Positions 1 to 14,709 of a stretch of DNA of 64,000 nucleotides are shown piece by piece. Source of the stretch: Eledone cirrhosa (Eukaryota); contig OZ024742.1 in NCBI GenBank assembly GCA_964016885.1, positions 181,784,001 through 181,848,000 on the forward strand. The letters are read 5' to 3'. Below the pieces are notes generated by a model. That model ran no database searches. It was not told where the DNA came from and saw only the letters and a program-made list of their open reading frames with translations. The stretch's first letter is position 1; each line of letters starts with the position of its first letter. The position numbers and the translations under genes are program-made.

Positions 1-325
1 TTGTATATATATATATATATATATACATACATGTATCTTCTGCTAGAGGTTACGGAAAACAGATAGTATCAGCTATGGAAAGATCGATGATAACATGCTG
101 TGCATGTTTGTATATTTTTCGTTTCTCTTTTATCATTCCTATCATGGCATGTGATCCGGGATTACAGTGACCAGTCAACGTAAGAGTCTTTATGTGTTAG
201 ATCGCTCCACTTACTAGACACGGCAGTCAAAGCTATCTCATCTCATAATGTTATGTCTTAAAATAAAAAAAAGGACATTTTAGACGCAGTGCTAGGTATA
301 CTATGTCTGATCAAAACAAATGACG

Positions 326-356
<31 letters not shown>

Positions 357-469
357 TTTAAGGTCAATGTTGCAGACCAGCCAATCTCTAAATTTCCAAA
401 CGGGGAATACTATGAACAAAAAGTGCCCTAAAAGGGGGAGAAATGAGGTAAAATGGGGAGATTTTACAT

Positions 470-655
470 AATTGTTTCTTCTTTTGGCACAATGCCAGCA
501 ATTATCCCAGTACATTACTGGTACTTTATTTTATCGACCCCGTAAGGATTAAAGGCAAAGTTAATCTCGGCGGGATTTGAACTCAGATCATAAAGGGACG
601 TAACTGTGCTGGAAAGCATGCCCGATCCTCTACCGATACTGCCAATTCACCTGCC
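470..655 (-). mobile_element. tRNA-derived SINE (same family as 8612)
   Basis: Visible homology. Further copies lie at ~3185-3300, 22645-22805, 23740-23785, 30880-31000, 31255-31315, 43535-43735, 49250-49385, 53190-53280 and 59060-59330. Confidence 0.88.
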
Positions 656-1228
656 TAGAGATTTTACATAATGAAAGCTACACCCATTTTCACAAGTGAA
701 GGCATTTCTCACATACTCCAAAATGGGTGGGAGATCTACCCGTCGGATGGGGATAGTTGACAGGTCTGAGGCCTAATCTGCTGGTGCCGGGGACTCTCAA
801 AATAGTCGCTATCGACCTCTGGGGATCTTTGGGTTAAAATATGACATTTGTGTAAGAAATGAAAACATAAAATAATACAATAATATACAATTTATTTTCT
901 GATTTATATTTACCGATACTACCGATCCACCAACCTTGTGAGATAAACATAATAGATTCTCTCCCTTGCGAATACAGTAAAAATGAGTTCTGACAATATA
1001 ATTGGGAAATATAGCAGAGCACACAACCAAGAAATGAGGCGACAAATTCCATGTGTTGCCTGAATTCTTTTTTGTTTTTATTTCCTACATGCCTTCGTTT
1101 TCTTTTAACAATTGCAAAGGAACACACACACACACATATATATATATGGGCGAGTGTGTTTGCGTTCGTGTGTTTATTTGTGTTTGTGTGTGAATGCATG
1201 CATGCATGTATGTATGTATGTATGTATG

Positions 1229-1567
1229 CAACCGTGATGGTATCCAATGATGTTGACTTGTTCTTCTTTTTGGTAAATATCATCTTGGTTAAGAGAGTGG
1301 GACTGGCTTTGTGCAGTGCCTTTGCTCACTATAAAAGCTTCACGGCACAGGCATTGCTTTATATCTGGAGATCTCTCTGCACTTGTCATCACATGGTACC
1401 ATGGGCCCAGTAATTGTGTCAGTAATTGTCACAAGTGTAGTGTATGTACCAGAGTTTTCAAGTCGCTGGCTGGACTAAAAAGTCACACTCGTTCAGCGCA
1501 TCGGTAAGGGTTCTCCTACATGGATATAAAGTAGTGGCCGTACTCGAAAACGAGTTGGCAGCCACCA
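1229..1567 (+). mobile_element. 5'-truncated copy of the same RTE-derived retroposon
   Basis: Matches 6162-6500; (TATG)n on both sides. Confidence 0.85.
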
Positions 1568-2835
1568 TGTATGTATGTATGTATGTATGTGTGTTCATTT
1601 GCTATTATTAAATGAAAATGTAGGTATTGTTTTAATGTAAAGAAATAGAAAATCAAAGGAGATGCCACATTGAAATCATACACAGATGTAGCTTTCCATG
1701 CACATAAGCTGCATACATACACATACGGTTGCATCCTATACCCATACATCTGCATCCATGGTCATTATAACACAATTTCTCCTCCCTCTACACTTTCTGA
1801 TGCATGCGTGCGTACGTGTGCACGCCCTCACACCTCTGACACAGACATCTCAGGGCTCTCGCTTGAGGGTGCATGTGTGCTTGCTTCTCTTGCGGCACTT
1901 GTCACATGACACCTAGTATCACGACTGTAGCGTCCTCGGTGTTGAATGTTTCCCACCATTCAACTATTCTGCACCACTTTCTGGGTCTATCCCCCTCTCT
2001 CAACGTACATATTGACTTCTCACTCGTAGTTAATCTGTTTGCGGATGTACCAACTTATGGTAGTACCAGAAGCTAAGCAGTTTCTCTTGCGGCCATACCA
2101 CGAAACAAATATATAAGGCAACGAGCATATTCGCTACCGCCTCCTTTTCTTTACAAACCTTTGCGACAGCTTCTACGTATGTGTCTATGTAAGTATACGC
2201 AGAATTTCATATCCATATTTATACACCTTCCTACGTTGAGCAGTCCTGTTACAGTCCAAAGCCCATCCTTCAAATCTTTGCAGAAACAAACAAACAATCC
2301 TACATACACACGCGCGCACAGGAGAGCACACATACACAACACACACGCACAGACACAACACATACGCGCGTAGTGGGAGACACGCATACATATGTCCACT
2401 CAAAATATACAACGATTACTTTCCTTTATAAATTTCTCTAATACATAAGATTTCCAAAATGGCTGGCGTATTTTTTTGTCAAAACTATTTTTCCCGTCTT
2501 TTCCTCTTTATACTCTCCATCATTTTATTTCATCTTTGATTTCTCATTCTACCGTTTTATGAAGGACTAGTGTTTGAAGCGTTAAGTGTATTTTCTTATT
2601 CTTAAACTAAGAGATGACAACATCAATGGACCTGTTATTTTTATCTAAAGACATTTTTTCCAATTCCATCCCGCCCGTCTCCTCAATCTATCTTATTTCA
2701 CATTCTTTCGTCTGATGAAGGACTAGCGTCCGAAACGTTAAGTCACTCTTCCGGCTATTTCAAGCGTTAACCTAATATATCCCTTCCATATACTGTACCA
2801 ATTGTATTGTTATTTCTGTTTACCTTTTACATATA

Positions 2836-2940
<105 letters not shown>

Positions 2941-4442
2941 GTGTGTATGTGTGTGTGTGTGTATGGGCCTTCCAATTTCATTTTACATTATATATACATG
3001 TCTGTATATTTGAATTATTTCAAAATTATTTTTAAGTGAACGTGACCCAACGGGTCCTGGGTATACAATTAAAAATAAGTTTAGGTTACCTTCCTTTGAA
3101 CCAATTTTCTGTATTAGGCATTTCTAATTTAGGTACAAAACGAACAAAATTTTGGCGAAGGGTAAAATTGATTGAAACAACTAGAGTACTTGACTGGAAC
3201 TTTATTTTAACGACTTCAGTATGACGAAAGGCAAAGTAGAGCCTGGTGGGATTTGAACGTATGTAAAGAGCCAGAATAAATGCCACAACGGCACTACTGA
3301 TTCTGATATTCTACCTCACTAGAACGTCTATATATTGCTATATATTCCTAGACAAAAAACTCTATTTGGCAGTTTAATATTTTCACTGCATCAGTGATTA
3401 TATATGAACAATTAATTGTTCAGGCTTATATTTTGACTCGCCATCGTATCTTCTCAATCTAAAACGGATTCTTCTATTTAAACAACAGTCAAAACAGTGG
3501 GAGAGTGTAAATAAAAAAAAAGAGAAAACAACAACAACAAACAAATGAAATAATAAATAAACCATTGCCAAGGTGGGTGTGTGGGTGTAAACGAAGAGGA
3601 TATTAAAAAAATATTCGGTAGAGTTCAATAATTGTTGAACGATATTCTGGTTACAACATTGAACAATATTCTGGCTACAACATTGAACAAAATTCTGGCT
3701 TGCTTGTTATCTTGTTCCGAAAGTCGATTTTTTCGACCATAAATTTACAACAGCATATTCATGCGAAAAGTAATTTCTTTGACAGTTGAACGCTCTCCAC
3801 TGATCAAAGGACTGTTAATGGTAACAGTCAGCTATATTGAACACTCGAGATGAACTGAGGCGGGTAGAGAATTGTATACACAGAAATTTCCGCAGATGTA
3901 ACCGCAAATATAGAGAAAGAATAGGCTTTCGTTTGTGAATAGTTAACTCAAAAGAACGGGAGGGCTGTGTATTATTCTATTTTCTGATAAGTGCTTTCTC
4001 CCGGTCATCACTGCGGTAAGATAGCGTGGAATATATTAAACCTATCGTTCATTCATATCATCACCTCCATTGCCTACCACAAACCATCTTCTCTATTCTG
4101 AACATAAAGAAAACCAGGACAATTACAATTAGATTATAATAAGAATGATACTTATAAGATAATTTTTTATTAATAGGGTTCTAAAATGGAGGTATTTTGT
4201 TGTTAGTTAGTAGATAACCTATAGTTTTCACCTATGCTTTGAATAATGCATTGATACGGTACTTTCCACAAACAAAATGGAGTATCTATTGCTGTAGATT
4301 TTGTAGAGTTATATTGGCTTTGGATTAAACAGATTCCACTCTTTTCTTACGTTTCTTGACTAATAATATAAAGTATTTTCAATGCTGGATATCGAAATTC
4401 TCATTGTCATTATATCTATCTATCTATGTCTGTCTATGAATT

Positions 4443-4593
<151 letters not shown>

Positions 4594-4624
4594 AAAATTA
4601 GAATTGGTGCTCTGAAATAGCGAT

Positions 4625-4838
4625 ATATATATGAATGTATATATAGTGTATTTGGTAATACACTGTATGCTCAATTAAAAGCATTTTGAGACCTTACGCT
4701 ATTGTTTTAAAGTAGTGACTATGTCACTTACTTCTTAAGTAAGTGACATAGCCACTACTTTAAAACAATAGCGTAAGGTCTTCAAAATGCTTTTAATTAA
4801 GCATAGTGTATTACCAAATACACTATATATACATTCAT
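4625..4838. repeat. ~210-bp near-perfect palindrome near (TA)n tracts
   Basis: Arms are reverse complements around ~4735 (gtcacttactt-ctt-aagtaagtgac). Confidence 0.9.
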
Positions 4839-4864
4839 ATATATATATATATATATATACATTC

Positions 4865-4956
<92 letters not shown>

Positions 4957-5489
4957 TTAGAACCCTGCAACCATTAAGCTCTAAGTATAAATACTGAGCC
5001 GATTAACAATATAGAGTAAGAAACACAGTAAGCCGTGTGTCTAAAATGAGGCGGTTTGTATTATTTGATAATATATTTTTATTTTCATTTCGTCATTCTG
5101 TCTGTTTCTTGGTTAAATATTTCAAGCATATGTGGTTTTTCAACCCTTGTAATTTTAGACACACGGTTTACTGTGTTTCTTACTATATATTGTATATATA
5201 TATATATATACACACGCGCGCATATAGTAACCATAATGATGATAACTCTAATAATAGTTGATAATTATAAATACTAGTTGATTAAATCCGCTGATGTACC
5301 CTGCATTCGGGAAAAAGTGGACAGTGACTCCTGCGTGGAATCGAACCTCGTAGCTCTTGCATGCTGTTCAATCACGTTTAACCACAATGCCATGTATATA
5401 TATATTAATGTACTGTTTGTGATTATGCCTGCTTGATGGATATGTATGTCTGTATGTATGTTTGTATGTATGTCTGTATGTCTGTATGT

Positions 5490-5825
5490 ATGTCTATATG
5501 TCTGTATGCATGCATGTATGTATATATGTCTGTATGCATGCATGCATGTATATATGTCTGTATGCATGCATGCATGTATATATGTCTGTATGCATGCATG
5601 CATGTATATATGTCTGTATGCATGCATGCATGTATATATGTCTGTATGCATGCATGCATGTATATATGTCTGTATGCATGCATGCATGTATATATGTCTG
5701 TATGCATGCATTCATGTATATATGTCTGTATGCATGCATGCATGCATGTATATATGTCTGTATGCATGCATGCATGTATATATGTCTGTATGCATGCATG
5801 CATGTATATATGTCTGTATGCATGC
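5490..5825. repeat. 28-bp tandem repeat derived from the (TATG)/(TGCA) microsatellite
   Basis: Unit tatatatgtctgtatgcatgcatgcatg, ~12 copies. Confidence 0.9.
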
Positions 5826-5893
5826 ATGTATGTATGTATGTATGTATGTATGTATGTATGTATGTATGTATGTATGTATGTATGTATGTATTA

Positions 5894-6500
5894 TGTCAGG
5901 TCACCAGTTGGTGCTACTGGTAACACGTATCCCAGCACAACCTGTCTCATGGTCGGGTCGTTGGCGACTAAACTGGCAACCCCACCAAGGTTTCTTGGTG
6001 AGGAGGGTGACTTTGGACATCCTGCAGGACTAAAAACAAAACCTGTCAAAGGGCAAAGGAGCTCTTAAGAGTCAATGGCCATCCAAAATCACTGGGAGAG
6101 ATGACCCCTTAGCCTTTGTCAAGGCAGAATTCTAGGAGAAGGAAAACTCTGATATAACACCTGCAACCCTGATGGTATCCAATGATGTTGACTTGTTCTT
6201 CTTTTTGGTAAATATCGTCTTGGTTAAGAGAGTGGGACTGGCTTTGTGCAGTGCCTTTGCTCACTATAAAAGCTTCACGGCACAGGCATTGCTTTATATC
6301 TGGAGATCTCTCTGCACTTGTCGTCACATGGTACCATGGACCCAGCACTATGTGTCAATAATTGTCACAGGTGTAGTGTTTGTACCAGAGTTTTCAAGTC
6401 GCTGGCTGGACTAAAAAGTCACACTCGTTCAGCGCATCGGTAGGGGTTCTACATGGATATAAAGTAGTGACCGTACTCGAAAACGAGTTGGCAGCCACCA
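5894..6500 (+). mobile_element. ~600-bp non-autonomous RTE-derived retroposon, full-length copy
   Basis: Near-identical copies at 55331-55875 and (5'-truncated) 1229-1567. The 3' part retains an RTE-like C-terminal C2H2 motif (CSVCTRVFKSLAGLKSHTRSAH). Ends in (TATG)n. Confidence 0.8.
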
Positions 6501-6902
6501 TATGTATGTATGTATGTATGTATGTATGTTCTTCTGGTTTTATAATTTCACAAATTTTTACCAATAGAGAGAGAGTCGGTTTCTAACATAGACACAACAC
6601 TCTCTCATTGGAATTTACACAACATCAACTAGGTAGATATGTATGTATGCATGTGTAGATATGGATGCTATTGTATGTGTGGATGTGTATGTTTTGAGTT
6701 GTATGTGTGCATGTGCATATGCTTTGTATCTGTAAATGTGTATATGCAGTTATTAGCTGCAAAATTTCTGAAATGTTTTACATATTTTTACTATCCCATT
6801 AATGGATTGTACTTGTAATTTCCTAACTAGTTGTGTTTATGTATGTATGTATGTATGTATGTATGTATGTATGTATGTATGTATGTATGTATGTATGTAT
6901 GT

Positions 6903-7421
6903 ATCAGGTTGTTCTCGGGTGCTACTGATAACATGTAACCCAGTACAACGTGTCTCATGGTCGGGCCGTCGGCGACTAAACCGGCAACCCCACCAAGCTT
7001 GCTTTGTGAGGAGGGTTATATTTGGACACCCTGCGGGATGAAGATCCGGCAAAGGGCGGTGGAACTCAGCAGAGTCAACGGCCATGCAAATAGAATTTTT
7101 TTTTCACCTGGGAGTGAAAGGCCCCCAGTTGTCACAACAGAGTTTCCCTCTCCTAGAAAGCTAGGAAGGGAAACTCTGAAAAAACAACCTACGGCTTCGG
7201 AAGCATCCGATGATGTTGACCAGTTCTTCATTTAGGGTAGTGTTCTCGATGCTCAGAGAGTGGGATTGGTCGAGTGCAAGGCCTTTCCCCACATCAAAGC
7301 ACAGACATTACTTGTTCAGGATCTGTTACAGGTTCTTGTGTCTGACCCTAGCCTAAAGATGCACCATTTTCTGTAATCTGACAAACGATTGCAATAATCT
7401 TAGCAGAGTTTGCAGCCATCA
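6903..7421 (+). mobile_element. Diverged relative of the RTE-derived retroposon
   Basis: Shares the head (ggtgctactg..aacatgtaacccagtacaac.tgtctcatggtcggg) and the end (gcagccatcatgtatg). Confidence 0.7.
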
Positions 7422-7500
7422 TGTATGTATATAGTGATGAAGATAGACAGACAGATAAATAGATAGATAGATAGATATGTTTCTTTATATATAGCTAGAC

Positions 7501-7577
<77 letters not shown>

Positions 7578-8611
7578 GATAGATAGATAGCTGTGGTAGA
7601 TATATATATATATATATATATAGAACGTTTTCAATAACTGCAAGGTATTTAAATACAGGAAAAAAAACCTAATTCATTCCATTTGTCAATGACATCCACT
7701 AAAATTAGCTTAATTTTCTTGTTGGTTTCTTTCCGTATATGTACAACAACATTTCACATTATTTTTAATGGAAAACTTAATAACATGTCAACTCTAAAAT
7801 GAATAATCAGGTATTCTACAAGTTATTAAGTGGCAATATGTCATACTACTTCGAAGATTATATAATAATGTGTCTTGTATGTCTGTGTTCGTTATTCGCG
7901 TGAAGACATCCGACGACTACAAGAAAGTGTGACGGCACGTTCTTAGAAGGGAGATAATTATATCAGGACAGTTTTCTAACGTATCAAAAAATACAAAAAA
8001 CATTTTGTTTAACCCTTCCGTCACCATATTTCTAATGAAATACACTACCTATGTTGTAGCATAATGAAAGACATTGCTTATGATTTTCAAATAATTTGGA
8101 CAATGATCAAGAATTTGGAGGCATTTAGTAATATAATTAATTTTCTCATTATCAAACTGTTGTTTAAAATTAAGATGGAAGGATTTTAGATAAATACAAA
8201 CACTTTAAAAGAAACAGTTTTATATCATAAAACCCGAGTCAGGGTCGGGTTGTCTGGTATCTATCCGTACTGCCGAGCTCCTCCGCAAGGCCGGAGCGTC
8301 GATGGCCCGTCTGAGGTAGGAGCCTCACGAGGTTGGGTGGCTGTTGCAGTGGGTGTCACTGGCCATTGTCCGCAGGAATGCTTTTGCCGTCTTGTCAGCG
8401 GGACGCAGCGCTTCTGCCCTCTTGCGCTAGGCCCAAAGTTCAATCACCCTCCCTTCACCCTCCCCTCCCTTGTGCGACACCAGATCTCTTGCCATCCCTC
8501 CGTTTCCCGTTCTTTTTCTTGTTTGTTTCTCTCTTTTTTTCTCTATATTTCCCTATTCTTTCTTTTCTTTTGTTTCCCTTCTTTTTAATTATTGCCGTCA
8601 TTATAGTTGTC

Positions 8612-9660
8612 ATTGGTGGATTGGCAGTATCGGTAGAGAGTCGGACGTCATGCTTTGACGCATAGAGTTACGGCCCTTTCCATTTTGAGTTCAAATCCCG
8701 CCGAGGTCGATAAAATAAAATACCAGTAATGTACTGGGTATTTGCTGGCCTTGTGCCAAAAGTAGAAACAATTATTATTATTGTTACTGTGAATTAGGGT
8801 GGTGGATTGACAATATCCGTAGAGCGTCAGACACTATCCTTTGCAGCATAGAGCTACGGCCCTTTACGGAGTTTAAATCCCGCCGAGTTTAACTTTGCCT
8901 TTCATCCTTACGGGGTCTTGTGCCAAAAGTAAAAACAATTATTGTTACTGTAAATAATTGATTCTACTTTAGGCACAAGGCCAGCAATTACCCAGTACAT
9001 TACTGGTACTTTATTTTATCGACCCCGTAAGGATGAAAGGCTAAGTTACAGTTTTTATCATAAATATTGGTTTCTTATATAGGCACAAGGCCAGCAATTT
9101 GGGAGGAGGGGAAGTCGATTAAATCGACCCCAGTACGTGACTGGTACTTTATTTTATCGACCCCATAAGGATGAAAGGCAAAGTTAACCTTGGCGGGATT
9201 TGAACTCAGATCATAAAGGGCCGTAACTCTATGTTGCAAAACATGGCATTCGACCCTCTACCGATACTGCCAATCCACCGCCCTATTATTGCCTTCAAAT
9301 ACGTTATGTCGCAATATACTACTGTGATAATACTCTAAATAATTGTTTCTACTATTGGCACAAGGCCAGCAATTATCCCAGTGTATTACTGGTACTTTAT
9401 TTTATCGAACCCGTAAGGATGAAAGGCAAAGTTAACCTCGGCGGGATTTGAACTCATAAGGGCAAGGGCCGTAACTCTATGCGTCAAAGCATGGCGTCCG
9501 ACCCTCTACCGATACTGCCAATCCACCGTAACAATAATGATTTCTAGTATAGGCACAAGGCTAGTAATTTTGGGGGGGAGGGGAATTTTGATTAAATCGA
9601 CCCCAGTACATTACTGGTGCTTTATTTTATCGACCCCGTAAGGATGTAAGGCAAAGTTAA
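8612..9660. mobile_element. Cluster of ~6-7 copies of a tRNA-derived SINE in both orientations
   Basis: The head has box A (tggcagtatcgg) and box B (gagttcaaatcc). The body has ggggtcgataaaataaagtaccagt and the tail is ccttgtgccaaaagtagaaacaatt(att)n. Plus copies ~8612-8780 and 8795-8945; minus copies ~8955-9050, 9065-9285, 9338-9530 and 9535-9660. Confidence 0.9.
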
Positions 9661-10084
9661 TGTGTCTGGAGATTATTTACTACATCAGTTCGTTTTACCA
9701 CATGGTATTTGACCGACTGTGTACTATCAGTGACCGGGTGGGTACTATTTGTTACCTGGAGGGGGTGGGGTACTGTCCGAGACCGGGTATGTAATATATA
9801 AGTGTCTACATTTGTGTATATGTATATATATGTGTGTGTATATATGTGTGTCTGTACGTATGTGTATGTATGTGTATCTGTATCTTTGTATGAATGTGTA
9901 TGCATGTGTATGTGTGTGTATGCATCTGTATGTAAATGCTTGTATATATGTACGTATATGCATGTGTAATGATGTGTATGTGTATTAATGTGTGTGTGCA
10001 TATGTGTGTGCACATATATATGTGTGTGTATATATGTGTGTATATATGTGTGTGTGTGTATATATGTGTGTATATATATATATA

Positions 10085-10123
<39 letters not shown>

Positions 10124-10272
10124 GTGTATATATGTGTGTGTGTATCTATGTGTGTGTATATAGGTGTGAGTGTGCGACTATATGTGTGTGTATATATATA
10201 TATATGTGTGTGTGTGTATATATACATGTGTGAGTGTGCGGCTATATGAGTGTGTATATATATATATATGTC

Positions 10273-12250
<1,978 letters not shown>

Positions 12251-12267
12251 ATATATATATATATATA

Positions 12268-12331
<64 letters not shown>

Positions 12332-12439
12332 TGTGTATATGTGTGTATGTATATATATATATATATGTGTGAGTGTGCGACTATATGTGTGTGTGTGTAT
12401 ATATGTGTGTGTGTATATATATGTGAGTGTGTGTGTATA

Positions 12440-12517
<78 letters not shown>

Positions 12518-12894
12518 AGTGTACAACTATATGTGTGTAATCGACATCGCTTCATTTCCAAACTCATCCATTAAACACTTTTCACTAATTCATATTTCCA
12601 CAGAGCTGAATAAACTCCGGAAACCCCCATTCCGCCTTCCTTGCTGCAACCAACCTCCATCACCCTCCACCTCCAGAAACCCCCGTTCCGCCTTCCTTGC
12701 TGCAACCAGCCTCCATCACCCTCCACCTCCACTCTTCCCTACCCATTACACCCTCAGTCCCTCCACCTACCAATGTACCAATTACTCTGATTGTCTGTAT
12801 AGCAGTCTGTCTGCCTCACTGCCTGTCCACGTCTCTGTCTACATGTCTGTCTGTGTTTGTCTGTGCTTGTCTTTTGTGTCTGTCTCTGTTGTGT

Positions 12895-13095
12895 GTCTGT
12901 CTGTGTATTAGTCGCTGTGTGTGACTGGCTGTGTATTAGTCGCTGTGTGTGTGTGTCTCTCTGTATTAGTCGCTGTGTGTGTCTCTGTATTAGTCGCTGT
13001 GTCTGTCTGTCTGTGTATTAGTCGCTGTGTGTAACTGTCTGTGTATTAGTCGCTGTGTGTGACTGTCTGTGTATTAGTCGCTGTGTGTGACTGTG
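12895..13095. repeat. ~24-30-bp tandem repeat, 7 copies
   Basis: Recurrent core ctgtgtattagtcgctgtgtgt. Confidence 0.85.
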
Positions 13096-13500
13096 TTTGT
13101 CTGGGCACCTCTCACTCTCTCTGTATGTGTTTCTCTCTCTGCGTCTATATGTGTTTCTCTCTCTGTGTATCTGTCTGTGTTTTTCTCTGTGCGTCTTTCC
13201 CTCTCCGTGTCCGTCTGCGCTACTTTACTTGAATGTGTGGGCGGCGGCGGAGGGGGAGGAGGCGATGACAACGAAAGAAAAAAAGAAGAAAAAACGGAAA
13301 GAAAAGAAAACAAAAGGAAGAAAAAGGGAGCGATAGAGGGATGGTGACAGAATGAGAGAGAAAGAGAGTGTGAGTGTGTGTGTGTGTGAGAGAAAGGCTG
13401 AGAGTGACAAGGAGAGAGCTAGAAAAAGAAAGAGAGGAGTGAGAGAAAGGGATGAAGAAAGAGAAACACTCACACACATATATATGTGTGTGTGTATGTG

Positions 13501-13583
<83 letters not shown>

Positions 13584-13585
13584 AG

Positions 13586-13617
<32 letters not shown>

Positions 13618-13963
13618 GATGAGAGGACGAGAGTTTATACTTTCGCTATACAGTGGCTGATTTATTCAGCTGTCACGTAAATTTGTAAGAACTGGCGATG
13701 CAAGACTTGGAAGGAATTTCAAAACATATGTTTGCATGAATGGTTCCTAGTTGCCACATTAACGGCCATGTCTGTCATAGAAACCAATACCGTACGTGAG
13801 AAATTCTTTCTGTAATTTTATCATTTTTCCAAGACTTTCAAACATGTCCTGATTGGCAATCAAGATATAAAGAATATTATACACTCATACACACACGAGT
13901 GTGTGTGTGTGTGTGTGTGTGTGCGTGCGCGTGCGTGCGTGCGTGTGTGTGTGTGTGTGTGTG

Positions 13964-14024
<61 letters not shown>

Positions 14025-14083
14025 GGAGGCTTAGTAAGATCGAATCTTTGGCGGTGTGCAAGCAAATTCTACCTACGATATGA

Positions 14084-14320
14084 AATTACAATAGTGACAT
14101 AAACAGGTACTCAAGTTTCGTTGGGTTCTGGGCCCCAATTTCTTCAGCCTGTCATGAGAAAAAAGCTTTTTTCTCATGACAGGCTTAAGAAATTGGGGTC
14201 CAGAACTCAACGAAACTTGAGTACCTGTTTATGTCACTATTGTAATTGTTTATACTAAACTCGTCCTATGGACTGAGTGCTTTTACTCTTGGATATTTTT
14301 ACTTAACTTTTACTTCAGTA
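14084..14320 (+). mobile_element. Palindromic HHR mini-element (164-bp inverted repeat plus 3' tail)
   Basis: 14084-14247 is an inverted repeat centred at 14165/14166. Minus arm: gacagg-CTGAAGA-aattgggg..cccaac-GAAA-cttgag-TA-cctgt. The plus arm has CTTAAGA. Confidence 0.85.
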
Positions 14321-14330
14321 TATATATATA

Positions 14331-14430
14331 TTCTTTATTTGCCACTAGGGCACAAAAGAAAGGGACAAATACACAGGATGGAGTTTACATAAATGCGAGT
14401 AAAGAAAAAAGGAATAACAATAAGAATAAT
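14331..14430 (-). mobile_element. Short 3'-end fragment of a Tx1-family element
   Basis: Resembles 14500-14600 (gggcacaaaagaa.gggacaaat...ttacataaa..cgagtaaa). Confidence 0.6.
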
Positions 14431-14446
14431 ATATATATATAGATAT

Positions 14447-14494
<48 letters not shown>

Positions 14495-14709
14495 GTTTCT
14501 ATTTATTTTCCACGAGGGCACAAAAGAAGGGGACAAATGCAAGGGGGGGGGGGTTACATAAAGGAACGAGTAAAAAACAAATAACAAATATAAAATTAAC
14601 AATACAGTCCTCAATAGGGAGGAGGCGTTTTGGAGGTTACACCCCCCCCCCCCCGAAAAAGTCTGCAACCCTTTTCCTTAGGAGCACAGAGAGAGGGTGT
14701 TCTTTTGAA

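Noticed and set aside
1316-1507. C2H2 zinc-finger ORF as a host gene
   Set aside because: It lies inside a multi-copy retroposon and is the relic C-terminus of an RTE ORF.
8245-8500. GC-rich segment as an exon or structured RNA
   Set aside because: No recognisable motif, splice signals or family; probably a TE remnant.
8612-8700. tRNA gene
   Set aside because: Boxes A and B are present, but there is no cloverleaf and the sequence continues into a SINE body. The same applies to 62060-62132.
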